Assembly: GCA_938085445.1 (NCBI GenBank)
Contig: CALKGR010000004.1
Location: forward strand, 32,001-96,000
Source of the DNA: an uncultured Rubripirellula sp.
GTDB lineage: Bacteria; Planctomycetota; Planctomycetia; Pirellulales; Pirellulaceae
Reading direction: 5' to 3'
Length of the DNA stretch: 64,000 bases
This document shows, one piece after another, positions 1 to 9,844 of the stretch (positions are counted from its first letter, which is position 1; the number at the start of each line of letters is the position of its first letter). The notes below the pieces were generated by a model that searched no databases, was not told the DNA's origin, and saw only the letters and a list, made by a program, of their open reading frames with translations. Made by a program: the position numbers and the translations under genes.

Positions 1-326
1 TCGCACGTTTCTTCTTCGAGTTCCTTTACCACTTGCTCAAACACGTACTGAAAAATTGCATCCACAGTCGCCTCCCACATCGCCGCTGGCTTCGGTGAGT
101 CCTGCTCGGTTAACAATGCAGTTGCAACCCTTTCCAATAGCCAAACCTTCTGCTCGGCCTCCCACTGATCAAACCAATCAATCCCTGATACCCAACATTC
201 CTGGTCAGCTTCAGATCGATCTGCAATCGCAGGCACAAATTCCGAAAGAATTGAAGAAACGGCACGGCAGAGCAAGCATGCCTCAGCGTGCCCGAGACGC
301 CGTTCTCCATCCACTGTTACCCACAT
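1..326 (-). CDS. Hypothetical protein, truncated by the window edge (MWVTVDGERRLGHAEACLLCRAV...WFDQWEAEQKVWLLERVATALL...)
   Basis: Not in the ORF track. Open frame from ATG at 326 to the window start, AGGAGG Shine-Dalgarno just upstream, 10-bp overlap with the end of the upstream gene. Confidence 0.75.
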   Translation of the reverse strand, partial: MWVTVDGERRLGHAEACLLCRAVSSILSEFVPAIADRSEADQECWVSGIDWFDQWEAEQKVWLLERVATALLTEQDSPKPAAMWEATVDAIFQYVFEQVVKELEEETC

Positions 327-1756
327 AACGCCTCCTGCTCCAAGTCACTCGAGGTGCGAACACCAACTCGCAAACGAGGAATCGCGCAAGCTGCCAACAG
401 TGCGATTGCAGGAACCGCCGGTGCCCGCATCCGGATGTTACTCCAATAGACGGCATGCACAGCACTCAGCGTCACAAAGAGTGTTAGCACTGGCAACCAC
501 TTTGACGTCCAAAAAGCCCTACCCAACTTAAAACAGCCGATGAACATCGCAACATAAAGTCCACAACTGTAAAATCCAACCATCGTCACGAGCCACGACT
601 TACGCCCATCCAACGCTTGTGGAAAGGGACTCCAAAGTCGGCAAATTCGCACACCAGTCGCCCAAACAAACATCGACGGCTGCCGACCAATTACTGCTTT
701 GGCTGCTTCATAAGCAAGCAGATCATCGGAATGCTCAGTGACAACCTCAACCACCGCCGGGTCCTGTATTTCACGTGGTCCCTTCCAGCTTTTCTGCCAA
801 AATTCCTCAGTCGTTGGATCTCCATCATAACGATGAGAGTAAGCAATCTGAAACGACTCAGAATCCCATTTCCCATCCGCAGAACCAGACCGCAAATAGT
901 CGTAGAACGAAGGATTATTACCTAGCAAGAGCGTATAGCCTCCATGCGTGGTGGCCCACACTGGGTGCCCCACCGACCGAAGGTTACGCACTGTCCAGAC
1001 AGCGACCACTGCAACAAGAACCCCCACCACAATGAGACTCGGTATGGCGGCAGTGATCACACGCTTCTTCCAAGTCATTTTAGTGATCTGGGCCAAACCG
1101 AAGATTTCAAGAACGACCGAAGTCGAGATCAGCAAAAACGCCCAGGCAATGAAAGTGGGACGAATAAGAAACGCAATACTCAAAAGTCCCCCAAGCACGA
1201 TGGCAAACACGATTTCATGGGTTCGCCCGCGGTAAGTTGCCCACCACCACAGAACAATGCAAACCAGCGTCGTGGCAAATGTTTCGGTCATCACTACAGA
1301 CGATTGCTTGAGCAACAACGGGTCCATCAGAACCAATGTGGCAGCCAAGCCTGGTCCCCAAAGCCCAGATTTTTTTGGAAGCATGGACAGACCTGCCAAA
1401 TAGGTGAACAATACCGTGAGAACTCCCAACACGGTATGAAGTGACGCAATGGCTGCGTTGGGAAGACGCTGGTCGACCAGTAATAATGAAAGGGCAAGCG
1501 GATAGAGAGGTGGCCGAAAAGCTGTCGCGACAGTTTCTCCGCTTACCGCGGTCAAGCCAAAGGTGCCGGTCACGCCTACCGTTTCGGCAATTGCACGGTA
1601 CGCATCAGGGTCCGCTGAAAACTGACCCAAACTGTACCAGCAAACAGTTCCACGTACGCATATCGCACTGACGACCAGCAACAAGCCTACTCGCACCACA
1701 TTGGACTGCAGCCTTCCCACGGATTTCTCGTCGCATTCATTCGCTTCCGCAGTCAC
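317..1756 (-). CDS. ArnT/PMT-like (GT39/GT83) membrane glycosyltransferase
   Basis: Multi-TM protein; DPDAYRAIA acidic loop, AFRPPLYP, MTETF and LIRP motifs typical of GT-C fold enzymes; start uncertain. Confidence 0.75.
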   Translation of the reverse strand: MTAEANECDEKSVGRLQSNVVRVGLLLVVSAICVRGTVCWYSLGQFSADPDAYRAIAETVGVTGTFGLTAVSGETVATAFRPPLYPLALSLLLVDQRLPNAAIASLHTVLGVLTVLFTYLAGLSMLPKKSGLWGPGLAATLVLMDPLLLKQSSVVMTETFATTLVCIVLWWWATYRGRTHEIVFAIVLGGLLSIAFLIRPTFIAWAFLLISTSVVLEIFGLAQITKMTWKKRVITAAIPSLIVVGVLVAVVAVWTVRNLRSVGHPVWATTHGGYTLLLGNNPSFYDYLRSGSADGKWDSESFQIAYSHRYDGDPTTEEFWQKSWKGPREIQDPAVVEVVTEHSDDLLAYEAAKAVIGRQPSMFVWATGVRICRLWSPFPQALDGRKSWLVTMVGFYSCGLYVAMFIGCFKLGRAFWTSKWLPVLTLFVTLSAVHAVYWSNIRMRAPAVPAIALLAACAIPRLRVGVRTSSDLEQEALCG

Positions 1757-1773
1757 AACAAAACCTTTTCAAA

Positions 1774-4254
1774 TTGACTTCCCAGCAACCTCACCATCAG
1801 CGACCAACGCAACATGGGAGCGAATCGACCAGATCTGCTTGGCCTCGGTCGTTCGCGTCGAAACTGATCACCGCACGCTGGGCCCTTCTTGCGATTGGGC
1901 TAGTTCTCTTTGGCTTGGCATATCCGGCAGCAAAGCAAATCCGTTTTGAGCGTTCCATCGCAGCAATGTTTCCTGCCGATGATCCTGCTTACCTTGCCTA
2001 TCGCGAACTTCAGGAGGAATTCGGCGGCAATGCCGTGGTCATGCTCGTGTATCAGGATAGCGAATTAACCGCTGATGCGGGAATCGAACGCAACCGGATC
2101 ATGACAGAAAAGGTAGCCGCGATCCCCGGCGTCAAAGGTGTTCTCTCACCATCAGTGCTGAACGCCGCAATCTCAAAACTGCAACCTTTATCGATCCTCA
2201 ACGGCGCCCCAACGCTATTTCAGCAGGGCAACCAAATAGCAGAGGGACTTGACGAGCTTTTTGCTGGTTATACGCACTCAGGAGACCATTCCCACGCGGC
2301 CGTGGTGGCCATTCTGACCCCCGGCTATCCGCCACAAACGATCGAACAGTTGAAGAAATTCACGAAGAACGTTCAGAAAGCAATGCAGGTTCCTGCCACT
2401 GAAAGACCAGATTCAGCCATACCGATCATCAACGAGGCGGTTTTGGTAGGCGAGCCTGTCCTGGTCCACGATGGCTTTGAACTCATCCAAAAAGACGGCA
2501 AACAACTCGCAGCCACCACAGTCATTCTGCTGTCGCTTGTCGTCTTCCTCTCTCTGTTTGACCTGCGGTTTGTAGCTCTATCCATGCTTTTGATACTGTG
2601 GTCAACCGTTCTCACACAAGCGTGCATGGTCTGGATTGGCAGCAGTCTTTCGCTGGTTTCTACGATCCTGACAGCAATCATCACTGTCATTTCAGTCACC
2701 GCTGTACTTCATTTAGGTGTCCGTTTTCGCAATGCACAGAATCGCGGGCATGATCAAAGAAGTGCGACGACCGAGGCAATTGCATTGTTGGTCATGCCAA
2801 TTTTGTGGACCTGTATGACAGACGCCGCAGGATTTGCTGCACTCTCGGTCTCGCAGATTTTACCCATCCGTGAGTTTGGCATCATGATCGCGATTTCTGC
2901 CATCGCGGTATGCCTGGCAATCATGCTTTTTTCCCCCGCATTAATGATGCTGCCAAATTTTCGCTTCCATGATCGACTGGACCAACAACAGAAGCGTTTT
3001 TCCCGTGCTTTGCGCAGGCGGTGCATCCGACTTGCAGATTCCGCGATACGGGCACCCCGAAAATGCCTTGCCGTCGCCGTTTTGATGGCCGTGATTGCAG
3101 TCATCGGCATGGGAAGGGCTGAAACGGAAACCAGTTTCCTCAACAACTTTGACTCCGAAAGTAGTGTTGTCTCAGCTTATCAGGAAGTGGAAACGGAATT
3201 TGGTGGCGCCGGCGTCTGGGACATCATTTTGGATTCACCGGCAGAGCTAAATAAATCTTATCTGGAACAAGTCCGCTTGCTGGAACGAGACTTACGAGCC
3301 ATCAACATTGATGGCGAGGGACTCACAAAAGTTCTAAGCCTTGCTGACGCAGACCAAGTGGCAAGCCGATCAGCATTCTCAGCCTTGCTATCTCCCTCGT
3401 CACGACTCTCCGCGATGTCGGTAGTGATGCCCGTTTTCTACGATGCGTTATTGAGTCAGCCTAAGGGCGACCAACGCAAACTCCGCATCATGCTGCGAAG
3501 TCGGGAACAACTCGACGCAAAGACGAAAAAGGAGATGATCAAGGCAGTTGAACGAGTGGTGCAACAACACGTGAGCAGCCAAGCGTGGCACGAAGTTACA
3601 AGCATGGCCGTAAACCCGACCACCGCCAAAGTGCCGCGGCAAACTGCTGAGAACGTCCCTCGCGATCCCGCGTCCGACAAGACCGCCCAAGTCACCGGTT
3701 ACTACGTCATCATGGCGGATTTGATCAATCAACTGGTGCAAGATCAATGGAGATGCTTCGCGACCTCCAGCACTCTGATTCTATTGCTGCTATGGCTGGC
3801 AACCGGCAATGTACGTCTTGCGTTTGTCGCGTTAGTCCCCAACATTCTGCCAGTTTTCCTGGTGCTCTCACTCGTCGGCTTCACGGGCGGCAAAATCAAC
3901 ATGGGTGCTGCAATGATCGCAGCCGTTTCAGTTGGCTTATCCATCGATGGTTCAGTTCACTTCCTTGCCGGTTTTCAACGAACGCGGCGTCGTTACCATA
4001 CAGCACAAGCGTCATCACGACATGCAGCCGGCAGAACGGGTGTTCCGATCCTGTTTGCGACAGTAGCGTTGATGGTTGGCTTTGGTGTCATGTCCACAAG
4101 TGACTTTGTACCTACCGCAACGTTTGGAGCACTCGTTGCATCAACACTGGCCATCGGAACTGTTGTTAACCTGACATTGCTGCCCGCTTTTGTTGTCTGG
4201 ACATCACCTAAGCAATCAGTATCAATATCCGCGGCCAGAGCCGCTGGCATTTGA
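1774..4254 (+). CDS. MMPL/RND family transporter
   Basis: 826 aa with two repeats of a soluble domain plus TM block; GLSIDGSVH and TDAAGF motifs. Confidence 0.85.
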   Translation: MTSQQPHHQRPTQHGSESTRSAWPRSFASKLITARWALLAIGLVLFGLAYPAAKQIRFERSIAAMFPADDPAYLAYRELQEEFGGNAVVMLVYQDSELTADAGIERNRIMTEKVAAIPGVKGVLSPSVLNAAISKLQPLSILNGAPTLFQQGNQIAEGLDELFAGYTHSGDHSHAAVVAILTPGYPPQTIEQLKKFTKNVQKAMQVPATERPDSAIPIINEAVLVGEPVLVHDGFELIQKDGKQLAATTVILLSLVVFLSLFDLRFVALSMLLILWSTVLTQACMVWIGSSLSLVSTILTAIITVISVTAVLHLGVRFRNAQNRGHDQRSATTEAIALLVMPILWTCMTDAAGFAALSVSQILPIREFGIMIAISAIAVCLAIMLFSPALMMLPNFRFHDRLDQQQKRFSRALRRRCIRLADSAIRAPRKCLAVAVLMAVIAVIGMGRAETETSFLNNFDSESSVVSAYQEVETEFGGAGVWDIILDSPAELNKSYLEQVRLLERDLRAINIDGEGLTKVLSLADADQVASRSAFSALLSPSSRLSAMSVVMPVFYDALLSQPKGDQRKLRIMLRSREQLDAKTKKEMIKAVERVVQQHVSSQAWHEVTSMAVNPTTAKVPRQTAENVPRDPASDKTAQVTGYYVIMADLINQLVQDQWRCFATSSTLILLLLWLATGNVRLAFVALVPNILPVFLVLSLVGFTGGKINMGAAMIAAVSVGLSIDGSVHFLAGFQRTRRRYHTAQASSRHAAGRTGVPILFATVALMVGFGVMSTSDFVPTATFGALVASTLAIGTVVNLTLLPAFVVWTSPKQSVSISAARAAGI

Positions 4255-4276
4255 TGGGCAACGTGATTACGCGGGC

Positions 4277-5944
4277 TTAAACATCCGTGATACTTGCCCA
4301 ACCAACAGCCTGAACATGACTACATTTCCCGCATTTGATACGACGCCCAAGAGAACCAGGCTGAATTCGGACTTTCGAACCGCAACTGTCACACTCAAAC
4401 CTGAGAACATGGTCAGCTGACACCAAGCGATCCAATTTCTCCTTGTCCAACTCAGGAAAAGCGATATCGATCGCCAACAAGGTAGTCAACAACGCCTCCG
4501 TTAACTGGTCTGCATCCGCAATCCTGTCGGCCAAGCACCGCACACTCTCCTCGAAAACATTGCGTACCAGGCGTCCATTACCAAAATGCCGGTCTCGCTC
4601 GTGATACAAGTGATGGAACCCTACGAGCAGACGGTATCTCGCATCACTTGGGATCGCATACTCATTCTGCACGCACAAGTGCTCAAAGATCTGGCCTAAC
4701 TGCAGCGGTGTGTAGTCGTCGAAATCAATGGTTGTATTGACACGTGAAGAAAGCCCAGGATTAGATCGGATCAATTGCTTCATTTCATCGCTGTAACCTG
4801 CCAGTATGACGGCAACCGACTCACGATCATCTTCCATCCGCTTTAACAGACATTGAACAGCCTCACGACCGTATGCGTCTTCTCCAGAGGCATCGACAAG
4901 GCTGTATGCCTCGTCAATGAACAGAATTCCATTCATCGCGGAATCACACAGTTCATTCGTCTTGGGGGCAGTTTGCCCGGCATACTCGGCAACCAATCCA
5001 CTGCGATCTGTTTCAACCACATGCCCGCTAGTCAAAGTCCCTAGCGCACCGAGAATTTGCCCCACGATACGCGCGACAGTTGTTTTACCTGTTCCCGGAT
5101 TGCCCACAAACGACATATGCAGGCTGATGGGCATGGTGCTCAGGCCCGCAGCACGCCGCTGCCCCTGCAACCGCAGAAAGTTGGTGTAACTTTTGACCCG
5201 TTCTTTGACCGTATCCAACCCAATCAATTCATCAAGCTCTTTCATCGCAACGCTGAGTCGTTGCTCTCGCTCGGCCTCAGGCAGCGGCTCTGGTATCTCC
5301 GCTGTTTTTTTCTTTTCCTGTTGCGTTTGATGCTGCTTGGCTGTGCCACGGTGCTTCTCTGAGCCACGACTCTCTTTTGCTTCTTTAGCAGGCGGCGAAA
5401 GCGGAGCAAGCACAGTCTGCGGATCTGCAGGGTACAGCGCCATGTCGATCTCGCGTTGCAAGGTATGCAGTGCAATCGACTCTTCGTCTAGCAATTCACC
5501 ATCACATTTTGCAACGAGGTTTGCAAGACGCATGACAATCGTTTCTACGTGGGACTTACTGTCCGCCAGCGGCTCGTAACGCACAAACGGGGCAACGAGC
5601 GCCTCCCACTTCAACAAGTCAGCCTGCTGAAACAGCTCCGTAGCCGCTTCGCGAAGCTCATTCCCTCGTAATTCCTGATCCCACAGATGTTCGATCATGG
5701 CCGAAGCCACTTTCTTCTCTGGGGCACTCCACCGATTATCGGCACGCACCACCGTCACATAAACCTTGATCAACAACCCACGATGCAAGTCGTCCATCAA
5801 CTCAACAAAGTTCTCACCATCTCCCTCAATCAAGGTCGGAAAACGTCGTACCATCCACGTTCCGCACTGCTTGTACAGTTTTCCGCAATCGCGCACCACA
5901 CGGCGAAGCATGCCAATCAAACGTGTATCGTCAAGTTCGTTCAT
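4277..5944 (-). CDS. CbxX/CfxQ/SpoVK-type AAA+ ATPase with N-terminal TerB-like region and C-terminal zinc ribbon
   Basis: ELDELIGLDTVK, Walker A GNPGTGKT, Walker B LFIDEAY, NPGLSSR, FGNGRLVRN; C-terminal CDSC...CGKC; start reassigned to MNELDD. Confidence 0.85.
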   Translation of the reverse strand: MNELDDTRLIGMLRRVVRDCGKLYKQCGTWMVRRFPTLIEGDGENFVELMDDLHRGLLIKVYVTVVRADNRWSAPEKKVASAMIEHLWDQELRGNELREAATELFQQADLLKWEALVAPFVRYEPLADSKSHVETIVMRLANLVAKCDGELLDEESIALHTLQREIDMALYPADPQTVLAPLSPPAKEAKESRGSEKHRGTAKQHQTQQEKKKTAEIPEPLPEAEREQRLSVAMKELDELIGLDTVKERVKSYTNFLRLQGQRRAAGLSTMPISLHMSFVGNPGTGKTTVARIVGQILGALGTLTSGHVVETDRSGLVAEYAGQTAPKTNELCDSAMNGILFIDEAYSLVDASGEDAYGREAVQCLLKRMEDDRESVAVILAGYSDEMKQLIRSNPGLSSRVNTTIDFDDYTPLQLGQIFEHLCVQNEYAIPSDARYRLLVGFHHLYHERDRHFGNGRLVRNVFEESVRCLADRIADADQLTEALLTTLLAIDIAFPELDKEKLDRLVSADHVLRFECDSCGSKVRIQPGSLGRRIKCGKCSHVQAVGWASITDV

Positions 5945-6310
5945 ACTTCCACGAAAAACAAATGTCGTAAGCCTGAGAGGCGTTAGTCTAACTGGAAACG
6001 CTCCTCCCTGACGAGATGTCACCGTGGGTGCCCCCCAAAAAACACGACAGTTAAGGTGACAAAACGACAATGACCGACAAACAGGATCAATCGCAATCGT
6101 AAGAAAAGACGTTTCCAGTCCGACGCATCATGTATGCTCAGAACCCGGCAGGTGGTTGTGTCTAATGAAGGCATGCCCTAGCTGATGAACAAAGCAGCGG
6201 CTAAACAAAGCATCCTGCCTTACTCAACAAAAAAGCGATGCCGACATGCTGCACTGAGGCTGCAGACAACACGTGGCACTCCCGCATTGATGGTCCAGGA
6301 CACAGCGGGT

Positions 6311-6455
6311 GGCGGGGGGCGACTCCTGCTCATTCGAAATGACTCCCGTGCGAACCGCGACATCAGGTCAGGATCCATATGACCTCAAACGCTCGCGGGC
6401 ATGAGCCGTTCTTGAATGTAATCACAGGTAGTCGCCACGCCCCAAAAGCCCCGCC
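6311..6455. other. Long imperfect inverted repeat (rod-like fold), candidate structured ncRNA or decayed palindromic element
   Basis: Nested pairings GGCGGGG/CCCCGCC, GGCGACT/AGTCGCC, CCTG/CAGG, CATTCGA/TTGAATG, GCGA/TCGC, AGGTCA/TGACCT. Confidence 0.45.
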
Positions 6456-6549
6456 AACAAATCAAAACCGATCAAAACGCCCACTGAAGATGAAATCCCC
6501 TGCTTTTCTGCATCACCATCGGTGACGCAGGTACATGCAGTGACCGCCA

Positions 6550-7338
6550 TCACGCGGGTACATCTGTCTGATCAGAAACCAGCATCAGAATCTCCGAGGG
6601 CACCTGCCCCATATCAAGCCTCGCTTTTGACGCAGCATGTTCCCTGTCGTCTGCAACCTGCTCAACTCCCTGTCGAAGCACCGTTGACCGTTGTTGCAAT
6701 TCTTGCAGGGCATCCAGCACGCCAAAGGCACCAACCTGGGCGGTCACATCACAAAAAGCATCAGCAGAAAAAGCCTTTAAAATTTTGGCCCGCTCTGTCT
6801 CTACGGTTCGTTGCGACACAGCTAAACGCGTTGCGATCGTCTTATTCGGCATGCCGGTAGCTGCCAATTCCAATACATGTGCTTGGCGTTGAGTCAGACT
6901 CTGTAATGTCTTTTGTACTCTTTCATGTTTCTGCATCAGGCTCCGCACAACTCGATGCCGACGAATTGCATACTTCAGATACTCCTCGAGCACGTTCATC
7001 GCGACGGGTCTCTGCAGCACCGCCAATGCACCGAGTTGAAAGCCAAAGGCAGTCTGTGCATCTTCATGTTCATCAGCAATCAAGATAATGGGAACATCCG
7101 TGGTCTTCTGCAGCAGTTTCTGCCGCCATTGCTCAAACTCATCTCTGCCTGATCGCACGTCATAAACCAGACAAGAGGGAGCAACGTTGGGAGCCGTTAT
7201 CAGCAACTCATCGACAGAGGTTGAAAAGCGAACTTCAACCCCCAGTCGTTCCGCAATGCGCTGATAGGCTGAGTGAGATCCGGCATCTCGATCGACGATG
7301 TAGATCACGGCCGGCCTGGTATCGAAATGTATGGACAT
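6550..7338 (-). CDS. FixJ/LuxR-family response regulator with atypical receiver domain
   Basis: Receiver-like IYIVDRD...SCLVYDV and LuxR HTH LTQRQAHVLELAATGMPNKTIATRLAVSQRTVETER; AGGA upstream of ATG 7338. Confidence 0.8.
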   Translation of the reverse strand: MSIHFDTRPAVIYIVDRDAGSHSAYQRIAERLGVEVRFSTSVDELLITAPNVAPSCLVYDVRSGRDEFEQWRQKLLQKTTDVPIILIADEHEDAQTAFGFQLGALAVLQRPVAMNVLEEYLKYAIRRHRVVRSLMQKHERVQKTLQSLTQRQAHVLELAATGMPNKTIATRLAVSQRTVETERAKILKAFSADAFCDVTAQVGAFGVLDALQELQQRSTVLRQGVEQVADDREHAASKARLDMGQVPSEILMLVSDQTDVPA

Positions 7339-7596
7339 GATTCCTGCCAATTTTGCGAGTAATAAGTCAATCTGCTCACTCATAAACACGCAAATCATGG
7401 TGGAACTCCGCAGACATTTTTCTGATTCTTTCGCCTGAGTCCGGATTCCCCGCTGCATTACATAAAAACAAGTAGTGGAACCGCCGCAGCAGGTCGAAAA
7501 GAATCAAGCTTTCGCCCAACCAAGCAATACACTCGCGTATCGCACCCTAAAAAAAGCAACACAGTAGTTATCACCAACAAGGAGACGCATCCTTCA

Positions 7597-8065
7597 TTAG
7601 GTGGCTCTCGCCGTCAAAGTCTCGTCAGCCCCGACGGGTACAGCATCCTTTTCATCCATACAAACGCGGTTTCCTTGCTTTTTTGCTGTTAACGATGCTT
7701 CGACAGCGTGCCGCAGAAATGCACCCAACACTCAGGCCTCGCACCCAGCACTGAGGCCTCGCACAGTGCACTGAAACCAATCTTGACGATCGCCTGAATC
7801 CCATACGTGCCCAAGTAAATCGCCAATTCTCAAAACAAGGCTCGATTTCATGCATGCATTCAACTGCCCTACCGAGAGCCCCCTACAAGATCACAGCAAA
7901 CTCTCCGCGACAAAAACGAGCTACCGCACACGCATCTTCCAGTCGCGAGCCGATCATTTCAGAAACTTGCGGTAAGGTGTTATCACGGCCTTGCTGATCA
8001 TCGTCATCGCTGAACGCCCTCATGTGATTAGACGCAATTCTTGAATCCAAACCGCTCAGATCCAC
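7597..8065 (-). pseudogene. Degenerate GGDEF (diguanylate cyclase) domain remnant
   Basis: Collinear GGDEF-like segments VARFCRGEFAVIL*, FENWRFTW, IVKIGFSAL, FLRHAVEASLTAKKQGNRVC, broken by an in-frame TAG (7883-7885), a frameshift near 7800 and a 20-bp duplication. Confidence 0.7.
7721..7778. repeat. 20-bp tandem repeat, two close copies and one partial copy
   Basis: GCACCCAACACTCAGGCCTC / GCACCCAGCACTGAGGCCTC / GCACAGTGCACTGAAACC. Confidence 0.85.
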
Positions 8066-8133
8066 ACGATTCCAATTCTCTTCGGCCCTGCACTACATCA
8101 ATTTTCATCTCGTTTGAACGACATGCTCAACAC

Positions 8134-9405
8134 CTACGAGTTCCGCGCCCCCTTCCCTACCACTTCACTTGACAACCGTGTTAGGTCCTCGCCCCGTGCA
8201 ATCACGACCAAACCACTTTCAGTGACGGTAAAACCTCGCTTACGATCTGCTACAGGGTCAAAACCGATCTCGATTTCCGCCGGAATGCGGACTCCTTTAT
8301 CAATGATCACCCTTCGCAAGCGGCATCTTCTCCCCACCTCAACACCCTCAAACAGAATACTGTCTTCAACCGAAGCATAGCTATTGATCCTGACATTCGG
8401 CCCCAGAACACTTCTGGCAACACTGCCTCCACTGACGATGGCCCCTTGGCAAACAATCGAGTCGAGTGCTTCACCCCGACGATGGTTTGATTTCCCCTCG
8501 CTACCAAACACAAACTTTGGTGGTGGAAGCATTGGCTGAAAGGCTCGCACGGGCCACTGTTGGTCATACAGATTCAACAGGGGATCAACCCGAATCAGGT
8601 CCATGGTCGCTTCATAATAGGCATCGATCGTCCCCACATCTCTCCAGTACGCATCTACTTTCCGATTTTCATCGAGGAACGGAAAAGCACAAACCAGATG
8701 GTCTTTGATGGCACCAGGAATGATATTTTTTCCAAAATCGTGCTCGCTGTCATCACGCGTCGCATCGTCACATAGTTGTTCGTAGAGAAATTTGGCATTG
8801 AAAACGTAGATGCCCATCGACGCAAGGCAAACCTCCGGATCTTCTGTTAGCCCTACCGGATCATCCGGTTTTTCCTGAAACCCGGTCACGCGATGAGTTC
8901 CATCAGTTTGCATGACTCCAAACTGACGTGCTTCTGAACGACTGACGCGCAGTGTTCCAATCGTAATATCAGCATCCATCTTGCGATGAAAGTCGACCAT
9001 CGGTCCATAGTTCATTTTGTAGATGTGGTCACCAGCGAGCACGACGACATCTTTGGGCTGCTCTCGCTCGATGGCATAGATATTTTGGTAAACCGCGTCA
9101 GCCGTCCCCTGATACCAATTATCAGTGAAACGCTGCTGGGGTGGAACAACGTCAATGAACTCGCCCAACTCGCGACAAAAATATCCCCGCCAAGCAAGGT
9201 TGAGGTGTCGGTCAAGAGACTGAGCTTTGTATTGCGTCAAAACCAACAGACGCCTCATGCCGCTATTGAGACAATTACTCAAAACAAAGTCAACGATACG
9301 GTACAGACCTCCAAACGGAACCGCTGGTTTCGCGCGATCACGCGTCAAAGGCTCCAATCTTGAACCTCTTCCACCTGCCAAAATCACCGTCAATGTGTCT
9401 CGCAT
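8134..9405 (-). CDS. glgC: Glucose-1-phosphate adenylyltransferase
   Basis: ILAGGRGSRLEPLTRDRAKPAVPFGG, WYQGTADAV, GDHIYKM, DFGKNIIP, YWRDVGT. Confidence 0.97.
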   Translation of the reverse strand: MRDTLTVILAGGRGSRLEPLTRDRAKPAVPFGGLYRIVDFVLSNCLNSGMRRLLVLTQYKAQSLDRHLNLAWRGYFCRELGEFIDVVPPQQRFTDNWYQGTADAVYQNIYAIEREQPKDVVVLAGDHIYKMNYGPMVDFHRKMDADITIGTLRVSRSEARQFGVMQTDGTHRVTGFQEKPDDPVGLTEDPEVCLASMGIYVFNAKFLYEQLCDDATRDDSEHDFGKNIIPGAIKDHLVCAFPFLDENRKVDAYWRDVGTIDAYYEATMDLIRVDPLLNLYDQQWPVRAFQPMLPPPKFVFGSEGKSNHRRGEALDSIVCQGAIVSGGSVARSVLGPNVRINSYASVEDSILFEGVEVGRRCRLRRVIIDKGVRIPAEIEIGFDPVADRKRGFTVTESGLVVIARGEDLTRLSSEVVGKGARNS

Positions 9406-9844
9406 GCTTTGGTTCTCCCTGCCCCAACCTTGATGCCAAGCGCGCAAAGCTGTCATCACCTTCGAACATCAAAATACGATCTGCTCAAACACCGTTCCAA
9501 GCCTAACAGATGCCGGGTCTACGTGCGTGAGTAAACAAGCGATTGAACAAAGGAGCCTTTCTGCCAGGCGTGTAAAAATGGGTAAAAGACCAAGTGACTG
9601 CTTCAGAGCTCAGCCCCCACAAATAGTCTCCCCCCCGTATACCAGTAGATTTCAGCTTTGACATTGGAAAGCGCCATACAAGCGACTAGCCAGATTTGTA
9701 ATAATGCTGCGGCATAGCGGTGGTCCAACGCGTCCATCGCAGCGAGGGTAGAAGAACCACTGTGCCCATCGCAGTGACTGACCTTTTTGCCAGCACCAAC
9801 CTGAATACGAGAAGCAACCTGAGAGCTATTACGGAGTTACCGGC

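Noticed and set aside
6364..6385. SRP RNA (GGTCAGGATCC resembles the domain IV start)
   Set aside because: The conserved GGAAGGAAGCAGC continuation is absent
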